Virus record (IMG/VR): IMGVR_UViG_3300031993_000016
Origin: a virus
Taxonomy: Duplodnaviria; Caudoviricetes
Reading direction: 5' to 3' (one strand)
DNA length: 64,000 nucleotides
Part shown: positions 57,925 to 64,000 of the stretch, in pieces
Layout: every line of letters begins with the position of its first letter
How positions within the stretch are numbered: position 1 is the first letter of the stretch
Translations under genes and position numbers: made by a program
Notes under the pieces: model-generated
Seen by the model: the letters and a program-made list of their open reading frames with translations, nothing else
Databases searched by the model: none
Told to the model about the DNA's origin: nothing

Positions 57925-58259
57925 CATCGTAGATATTGATCAGTTTCCTTTTCACACAGTGGACATACTCCCGAAATCTTTTCAACTATCTGATCAGATT
58001 CTACCATAGCTGAAATGAATATGCCATGACACTTTTCGCATTCTGCAATATAGTGATTATCAATATTGTTATCTGCTTCGATATCAACGTCATCTTCTTC
58101 GACTTCGTCTAATGTATCTTGCATGTCTTCAATACTATCTTGCATATCATCTAAAGTGTCATCAAATGTATCTGTGTCATCTACCATATCAAAATCGTCA
58201 AACCGCTCATCTTCGTCAGCAGCTACGATTCTAGCACCACGTCTAATATGTATTGACAT
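57903..58259 (-). CDS. Extremely acidic protein with C-terminal Zn ribbon
   Basis: RIVAAD then poly-D/E tract; CEKC..CPLC. Confidence 0.7.
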   Translation of the reverse strand: MSIHIRRGARIVAADEDERFDDFDMVDDTDTFDDTLDDMQDSIEDMQDTLDEVEEDDVDIEADNNIDNHYIAECEKCHGIFISAMVESDQIVEKISGVCPLCEKETDQYLRWVVHPVE

Positions 58260-58297
58260 ATTAATGTACCTCCTGTATTAATATACAGTATACAAGG

Positions 58298-58540
58298 TTA
58301 CTTTTTAGTGATTTTGACGATTCGCATATTATCTAACTCCCGCACTTCGCCTACCAAGCTACCCGTACAATTTAATTTACATTGATCATATTCTGAGATT
58401 ACTTCTACAGAACCATCTACAGACGTGATTTCGGTTCTATCAAATACATGATTATTCCAATCATATCCAGCACCTGGTGGCAAGATACGACTGTCATACA
58501 TAAGTGTAGTATGTGTATCGTTCAATATTAACATATGCAA
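58298..58540 (-). CDS. Hypothetical protein
   Basis: 80 aa after GGAGG. Confidence 0.5.
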   Translation of the reverse strand: MHMLILNDTHTTLMYDSRILPPGAGYDWNNHVFDRTEITSVDGSVEVISEYDQCKLNCTGSLVGEVRELDNMRIVKITKK

Positions 58541-58548
58541 GAACCTCC

Positions 58549-59460
58549 TTAGTATCGTGTTATAGATAACTGATCGGCAAACTGGATAAGATGCACTAGC
58601 GGATATGTTTCGTTAGCTTGTTGTAATTCATTTATCTCTGCTTCACAGCAATTCCAGTGTGCCATATGCCAGCGTATTGCTGCAGCTACGTCAATAGAGA
58701 TGTTGAAAAACTTCATAACAAGATACATAGATGATACACCATGACCTAAACATATTGTACGATCGTCTACTCGCTTGTATGCATCTTCTTGATGCCATTG
58801 ACCTGTAGTATCATCTTTCACGTTTTTCTTATAAGAAGTATATAATCCAATCTTGCACCAATCGTGGACGAGGGCTACAAAAATTGCATCCTCTAAGCTT
58901 GCATCTCGAAACGTAGGAGCATCATGCAATTCTACTGCTTTATCAGCTACACGTAATGAATGGTTTAGTAATCCGCTAGGTTTTGCGTCATGATATTGAG
59001 TAGATGCTGGACAGGTATAAAAATCTGTACTACGGAGCCAAGTTAAACACTTGCTTAGCTTCTTCCAGCAATCATCAGGATTCCTACCACATTTGAATTC
59101 TTTCAAGAAGACAGACCCAATGAGCTTGATATCATATTCATCTACCATAGACACAGAATTATCTATAACTGTAAATATACTACTTTCAGGACGTTTGACA
59201 TACAAATCCCAATCAGCTAATATATCATTAACCACATCCGCCCCAATGCGACCTATTGTATCCGATGTAATTACCAACTTATTTCCGTCAGATGATAAAT
59301 TTATCACATCTACCAACCCAATTGCTGCATCTCGATATGAAGTATCTTCTAGCATGTGCTTGTCAATAACATAAACAAGCTGATATGTTGCAGGTACAAA
59401 CCAATAAGACTTAATATCGGTGTATTTTGGCATAGCATCAAATGACTCTTGTGTAAACAT
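58549..59460 (-). CDS. HD-domain phosphohydrolase
   Basis: PAST.YH....GLLNHS, LVHDWCK, GHG.SS, AIRWHM, AD. Confidence 0.85.
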   Translation of the reverse strand: MFTQESFDAMPKYTDIKSYWFVPATYQLVYVIDKHMLEDTSYRDAAIGLVDVINLSSDGNKLVITSDTIGRIGADVVNDILADWDLYVKRPESSIFTVIDNSVSMVDEYDIKLIGSVFLKEFKCGRNPDDCWKKLSKCLTWLRSTDFYTCPASTQYHDAKPSGLLNHSLRVADKAVELHDAPTFRDASLEDAIFVALVHDWCKIGLYTSYKKNVKDDTTGQWHQEDAYKRVDDRTICLGHGVSSMYLVMKFFNISIDVAAAIRWHMAHWNCCEAEINELQQANETYPLVHLIQFADQLSITRY

Positions 59461-59470
59461 ATTCCCTCCT

Positions 59471-59728
59471 TTATGCATCTGTAATTGATGTGAATTGATC
59501 TAGATAGTAACGTTTGTTGTCCAATATGATAAATAATTTATTGTTTCGAACATTACAACCTGTTCTAACTTTACGATACTTTTTAGTTGTTCCATATGTC
59601 TCTGTAACATATGCAGTACTGTCATCGTTGTAACTGTAAATAGTTATGACATAGTCACCAAATTCATTGAACTCGCTTATAGGTCTATGTGTTTCGCAGT
59701 AATTCTTTACATCAGCTTGTACAGACAT
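59471..59728 (-). CDS. Hypothetical protein
   Basis: 85 aa, GGAGG RBS, promoter motif upstream. Confidence 0.6.
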   Translation of the reverse strand: MSVQADVKNYCETHRPISEFNEFGDYVITIYSYNDDSTAYVTETYGTTKKYRKVRTGCNVRNNKLFIILDNKRYYLDQFTSITDA

Positions 59729-59773
59729 ATATGTTACCTCCTATATCGGTTATAACGATTTTAGTTGTATACA

Positions 59774-59813
59774 TGGAAATAGACGAATCGAGGGTGTATC
59801 TCAATTCGTCTAT
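59774..59813 (-). terminator. Probable intrinsic terminator after holin
   Basis: ATAGACGAAT.GAG/CTC.ATTCGTCTAT inverted repeat then TTCC. Confidence 0.5.
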
Positions 59814-59867
59814 CTCGAGGAGTGTTTGGTTATGAGTATCAAAGAGATCAAGCAAGGGATTGGATAC

Positions 59868-60248
59868 TTAATTCTCTGTTGAACCTTCATCTACGGCTTC
59901 TGCAGCGTCATCTACAGATATATCATCTACACCAGGAATTGCTTCCGGCTCAATTACATGACCTGTATCAGCATCTGAAGCTTTATTTTTTGTAAGCTGC
60001 TTATAAATTTGATGTGCACCTGTAGCAGCAAGACCAGATACTGCACCTACAGCTGCTGCATTAAGTATGTCATTAGCTGGAAAATCAGGTATCTTAATAA
60101 GAAATGCAACAATTCCGAGGATAGTACCAAATACCATGCAAATTGTAGGTATCCATTTGTCATTAAGTTTATCAGCTGTTTTCCAAGCATATCCAACTAT
60201 AAAAGCAAGTACAGATATAGCAGCATAGCTTGCGATTCCAAAATCCAT
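59868..60248 (-). CDS. Phage holin
   Basis: MDFGIAS.AAI.V...KWIP.IC...G.ILG...A.GAVSGLAATG.HQIYKQL, three TMs. Confidence 0.8.
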   Translation of the reverse strand: MDFGIASYAAISVLAFIVGYAWKTADKLNDKWIPTICMVFGTILGIVAFLIKIPDFPANDILNAAAVGAVSGLAATGAHQIYKQLTKNKASDADTGHVIEPEAIPGVDDISVDDAAEAVDEGSTEN

Positions 60249-60261
60249 ACAACGTCACCTC

Positions 60262-60588
60262 CTATTTTAAATTTTCACCATTGGCAAATCGATTCCATTC
60301 ATCGGTAGTTAACTCTGTCAATGTATACTGATTGTTCCAATCACCTACCCATTCAAGAGCAAGTTCGGCAGCATCTTCCATGCCCCAATCATCTTCTTGA
60401 TTGTTGTCTATAATATACTGATAGAGGGCATCACGAAGTACATTCAAATCCTTCTTTGTATTTCTACAATCTTTAAGTCTATCAAGCACATCTTCTGGAA
60501 TATAATTGTCCCATGAGATTCTCTGCAAACTAAATTCAGTGTTTGTAGCTGTAATTTCAGTAGTTGCGGATTTAATATAACGTTTCAT
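60262..60588 (-). CDS. MKRYI-tag protein (MKRYIKSA)
   Basis: Tag followed by EITAT. Confidence 0.75.
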   Translation of the reverse strand: MKRYIKSATTEITATNTEFSLQRISWDNYIPEDVLDRLKDCRNTKKDLNVLRDALYQYIIDNNQEDDWGMEDAAELALEWVGDWNNQYTLTELTTDEWNRFANGENLK

Positions 60589-60939
60589 CTAGAAGTCCCC
60601 CTCATCATACTCTGAATTCAAATCTTGTTCGAATGGTCTACGAGACATTTCATTGACCCAAGCACCAAGCTTAACCCATCTTTCTAATATGTAGTAAATA
60701 GTTTTACCGATCAGCTCACTACTATCGAGGGTAGGAAACTCAATAACTGGTAGGAATGATGTATAATTAGTTTCACCATCGCTGTAAAGCTCAACTTCAA
60801 ATGTAATTGTTGGTGGATAATCACCATATTCGGAAATATCTGTAATTACGCCTAATGTCCCATGATTGTTATACACCTCTATCCCATATTCATAAGAGAT
60901 GTCGTTAATAGATTCTACGTATTCATCAAAACTACTCAT
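60589..60939 (-). CDS. Acidic hypothetical protein
   Basis: 116 aa, GGAGG RBS. Confidence 0.6.
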   Translation of the reverse strand: MSSFDEYVESINDISYEYGIEVYNNHGTLGVITDISEYGDYPPTITFEVELYSDGETNYTSFLPVIEFPTLDSSELIGKTIYYILERWVKLGAWVNEMSRRPFEQDLNSEYDEGDF

Positions 60940-61417
60940 CTAATAGATCCTCCACTTCTCCAGCATAGTCCAAATATTTTTTGCGACTATTAGGTACAGT
61001 CTTCAATTCTTTATATGGTATCGGCCATCTATCAAGCTTCTTTATGTTTAACGATTTTTGGCCATTATTTTCTAACTCAACTATATCTCGTATATCTAAT
61101 TTGAAAGCTCTTTTATATGATGCAAAGAGTATAATTATCCACCCATAACTGCCAGCAATTTTAGATTTCTTTAGTAATCCCTCTTTCTGATGTGGTTGTA
61201 TCATGCTGAAAGGGAAGTTATTTGACCAGGTTGCTTTTGATTCTATGTAGTAGATATTAGGATATTTATAGCAGACAAAATCACATATATTTCGGCTAGT
61301 TAGATAGTAACCAGATAATTGGTCATAGAACCTATCAAAAGAATATCCATCATCAGGTCTATCCAACCATTCCCATATTTTCTTTTCTGCGTCTTTACCT
61401 AATCTATCGTCACCCAT
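60932..61417 (-). CDS. recU: RecU-like Holliday junction resolvase
   Basis: GK..E..I, CDF, IESKAT...FPF..IQPHQ. Confidence 0.7.
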   Translation of the reverse strand: MGDDRLGKDAEKKIWEWLDRPDDGYSFDRFYDQLSGYYLTSRNICDFVCYKYPNIYYIESKATWSNNFPFSMIQPHQKEGLLKKSKIAGSYGWIIILFASYKRAFKLDIRDIVELENNGQKSLNIKKLDRWPIPYKELKTVPNSRKKYLDYAGEVEDLLDE

Positions 61418-61419
61418 GT

Positions 61420-62043
61420 TTACCTCAAATCTAAATTTTGACGTCGAAGTGCGGTGTTGACCCACGTTACAATTCGCTCATCTAAACTATCACGAATCTC
61501 TGCAAGAGCTTCTTCATAATAACGATGCATAATATACTCTGGTACATATATTGATACATCAGGATAACTGCGTTGAATATCAGATCTTCGATATGTATAT
61601 TTCTGCTCATTTTGTCGGATGAAATTTCGATGCAGGTCATCACCATAATCATTCAATTCATGGTCAGACACCCTTATGTGTATAAAACAGTAGATATCAC
61701 CTAGATTACTTAAATCGATATTAGTACGACCTCTTCGATGTAACGCATCCATGCTATTCTTTAAATTATAATAAGTATCAAAGTATATCGATGTACTATC
61801 TTGCCTATTAGATGTATAGCCTTTTTGTTTTACACCGTCATATGTATCTTCAATGACCTCAAATCCGTAATCATCTTCTAACATAGATAATATGTCTTGT
61901 TTAAATATATCAATTCCAGGAAATCTGGACGCAGTTGTTGCTACAATATATTTAGATATTGGAATATTAATATCAATAATTAATATATCATCAAATACTA
62001 TAGTATTATTCACATATGATGATGTTGTTACATATCGTTTCAT
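61420..62043 (-). CDS. MKRYI-tag variant (MKRYVTTS), paralog of 62815..63375
   Basis: IIDINI..IVAT; IRVSDH motif. Confidence 0.7.
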   Translation of the reverse strand: MKRYVTTSSYVNNTIVFDDILIIDINIPISKYIVATTASRFPGIDIFKQDILSMLEDDYGFEVIEDTYDGVKQKGYTSNRQDSTSIYFDTYYNLKNSMDALHRRGRTNIDLSNLGDIYCFIHIRVSDHELNDYGDDLHRNFIRQNEQKYTYRRSDIQRSYPDVSIYVPEYIMHRYYEEALAEIRDSLDERIVTWVNTALRRQNLDLR

Positions 62044-62072
62044 AGTTGTACCTCTTGTTAATATTTAAGGTT

Positions 62073-62339
62073 CTAACCATCAACTTGAGTTAATATTAGC
62101 TGTAATTCTTCCTTTGCAAGTGTCAACAGAAACAAGTCGCCTAAGTATAATGATATCTTATCACCATTTACAACAAATGAAAAATCTTCTTGATATGGTG
62201 GAAGATCTTCATCACATTCTGTAAGTAGATCACCAAACATGCTTACAGCACCTTCTTTGCAGAATATTGTACCTGAAGCATCTGCTACAATAGCGTAACC
62301 ATATTCCGATACAAGTTCTGATGTAATCAATTTATCCAT
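62073..62339 (-). CDS. Hypothetical protein
   Basis: 88 aa, GGAGG RBS. Confidence 0.6.
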   Translation of the reverse strand: MDKLITSELVSEYGYAIVADASGTIFCKEGAVSMFGDLLTECDEDLPPYQEDFSFVVNGDKISLYLGDLFLLTLAKEELQLILTQVDG

Positions 62340-62383
62340 TGAGAGTTCACCTCCTATAGAGATTATAGAAGGTTCGTTGTCAG

Positions 62384-62707
62384 CTATCTGGCTAGATAAT
62401 CTCGTATTTCAAGGATAGTAGGCCATCGCTTGTCCCATTCACACCATAAGAATTCTCTGTAGTAATCTGCATCAGATTTTGGATCACGCATATTATTTTC
62501 AGTTGCTGTAGCGTAGTATACAACCCTACCATCGAAATCTCGTACATATATATCAAGTTCTGCTTGAAATCCATTCTTTATACAGGCAGGTGTATAAGTA
62601 TAATGATGGAATTCATATGCAGATGTTCCATGGTCAATAGAAACTTTGCCCTTTCGAGTCATTATATCTAATCGAGCTTTTAAGCTTTCTGGTGTTCTTA
62701 GTCTCAT
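62384..62707 (-). CDS. Hypothetical protein
   Basis: 107 aa, GGAGG RBS. Confidence 0.65.
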   Translation of the reverse strand: MRLRTPESLKARLDIMTRKGKVSIDHGTSAYEFHHYTYTPACIKNGFQAELDIYVRDFDGRVVYYATATENNMRDPKSDADYYREFLWCEWDKRWPTILEIRDYLAR

Positions 62708-62733
62708 ATAGTTACCTCCCTATTTAAAATAAA

Positions 62734-62780
62734 TGACCTTTTCATCTACTATTAACGAAATTAGTAGACGAAAAGGTCAA
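62734..62780 (-). terminator. Terminator hairpin with class-1 promoter motif in its loop
   Basis: TGACCTTTTC.TCTACTA/TAGTAGA.GAAAAGGTCA then TTTATTTT on minus strand. Confidence 0.7.
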
Positions 62781-62814
62781 ATACATGTATGCAGTAAGGA
62801 TTTATAAATGTATG

Positions 62815-63375
62815 CTAATGTTTACGACGAGTCATTATATCTACTACTCGTTCGATAATAGCATCTACTTTCATGTATGCTTCTTCATAAGAGTCTACTT
62901 CTTCAGCATTGACAGTGATTATCTTTGTAATAGGGCGAGGTTTTTTACCTTGAGTAATCTGATTCAATGCGGCTTGTCGTTCTTTCTTGTGCTTTTGAGA
63001 ATTTTCACTTCTATGCGGTTCATGATTAGATATTCGTAAACTAAAATCAAAATCAAGAACAACATTCCCTTCACAGTCCTTTGCAAGCATACCAAAGTAA
63101 CAAGAATGATATGGTGATACATTTTTATAGTAGATTTCAAGATCATAATACTCTGTGCATAGATCTTCTACAGATTCAAGAAAGGCATCAAAATCAGCAA
63201 TTGCTTGAGAATCTAAGATTGCATCGGGTATGCCAGTAATAACAGGCCCATCTGGTATTGAAAATCCTTTATACTCTGCAGCTGCGACAGGTACTGGATC
63301 ATAATATTCTATTTCTACTACAATATCAATATGTACAGGTAATATAGAATCTGAAGTTTTTATATAAGTTTTCAT
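62815..63375 (-). CDS. MKRYI-tag variant (MKTYIKTS)
   Basis: HIDIVV..PVAAAE; LRISNH motif shared with 61420..62043. Confidence 0.7.
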   Translation of the reverse strand: MKTYIKTSDSILPVHIDIVVEIEYYDPVPVAAAEYKGFSIPDGPVITGIPDAILDSQAIADFDAFLESVEDLCTEYYDLEIYYKNVSPYHSCYFGMLAKDCEGNVVLDFDFSLRISNHEPHRSENSQKHKKERQAALNQITQGKKPRPITKIITVNAEEVDSYEEAYMKVDAIIERVVDIMTRRKH

Positions 63376-63398
63376 AATAACCTCCAAGTATAAAATGT

Positions 63399-63447
63399 AT
63401 TGACCTCTTCACCTACTATAACGAATCTAGTAGACAAAGAGGTCAAT
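63399..63447 (-). terminator. Terminator hairpin with class-1 promoter motif in its loop (paralog of 62734..62780)
   Basis: TTGACCTCTT..CTACTA/TAGTAG..AAGAGGTCAA. Confidence 0.7.
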
Positions 63448-63487
63448 GTTTAGAAGAAGATGTATTTGAAAGACGTTGTTCTTGTAG

Positions 63488-63739
63488 TTACTTCAGATCT
63501 ATTTTGATAGCCCTATACAGTTCTTGTAATATTTCAACAGCACTTGATAGATTCTCCAACTCATCATGAGAAATGTAATCAGGTAATTGATATTCATATT
63601 CCGCTCTATGAAATGAATCCATATAAGATAACAAATCTTCTAAAGAATTAGCAACTTGTTGACTACGTCTGCATATCTGCATTAATTCTTGTTTACCTTC
63701 AGATTGTATTGAACTAGCTGATGTAATTGCTATTTTCAT
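63488..63739 (-). CDS. Hypothetical protein, possible tag variant (MKIAITSAS)
   Basis: 83 aa, GGAGG RBS. Confidence 0.6.
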   Translation of the reverse strand: MKIAITSASSIQSEGKQELMQICRRSQQVANSLEDLLSYMDSFHRAEYEYQLPDYISHDELENLSSAVEILQELYRAIKIDLK

Positions 63740-63760
63740 AGTAATATACCTCCTAATGTA

Positions 63761-64000
63761 TTATATCCATGGTGAAAATTCATCATTGAAATCATTGAAC
63801 AGTTCACGCAATCCATATAGGTAGTTAAGATCAACACCTGGAAGCTTCTTGAGTTCTGCATAAAGCTGTTCTGGTGTCAGGTTTATATCATTCATTTCGC
63901 CTGCATCAAGATCCTCAGTACACCAGAATTTTCCATCATATCTGTAAGTATCTTCATCATACTGGCTTTCATCCCAGATACCTAATTTCCAAACACCTTT
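63761..64000 (-). CDS. Hypothetical acidic protein, 3' part (starts beyond window)
   Basis: Open frame KGVWKLGIWDESQYD...FSPWI*. Confidence 0.65.
   Translation of the reverse strand, partial: KGVWKLGIWDESQYDEDTYRYDGKFWCTEDLDAGEMNDINLTPEQLYAELKKLPGVDLNYLYGLRELFNDFNDEFSPWI

Noticed and set aside
24033-63424. Integron attC sites (TAAC/GTT cores)
   Set aside because: Motif does not fit GTTRRRY, most copies lack paired inverse cores, no integrase is present, and position fits promoters better.
1-64000. Plus-strand ORFs in the track
   Set aside because: All are antisense shadows of longer minus-strand genes or of ncRNA, without RBS or recognisable motifs.
1-64000. Stop-codon reassignment (TAG/TGA recoding as in some gut phages)
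   Set aside because: Long genes are intact under code 11, TAG/TGA/TAA all end genes at sensible junctions, and no suppressor tRNA is seen.

Overview
A 64-kb segment of a large, AT-rich (about 35% GC) lytic-type tailed phage, probably a jumbo myovirus of spore-forming Clostridia/Firmicutes (GGAGG RBSs, SpoIIID homolog, CHAP/amidase enzymes). Essentially all genes are on the minus strand. 1-23 kb is a contractile-tail/baseplate module: modular fibres, baseplate wedge/J/gp25, three cell-wall hydrolases (one with a mini-intein at the CHAP catalytic Cys), tape measure and chaperone. 23-39 kb and 56-64 kb are accessory regions where about 16-18 otherwise unrelated, often acidic proteins share an N-terminal MKRYI(K/S)(S/A)(S/A) tag, echoed internally as [IV]x[AS][ASTD]. 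This is my main candidate for an undescribed system: a capsid-targeting/protease-processing signal for a large cargo set. 35-38.5 kb is a repeat-joined array of small DUF551-type cassettes. 40-47 kb holds further virion genes and a NUMOD4-HNH endonuclease. 47.6-49.3 kb is an intact non-autonomous IscB/omega-RNA element. 49.6-50.6 kb has three tRNAs, a tRNA-like RNA and two paralogous unrecognised structured ncRNAs, one carrying an IS200/IS605 end. 51-61 kb encodes an SMC/Rad50-like ATPase, UvrD helicase, HD hydrolase, holin and RecU-like resolvase. Two phage-specific promoter-like motifs (TCGTTATA and AACCTTnnAT) recur, several embedded in terminator hairpins. All calls are by eye, with no database searches.
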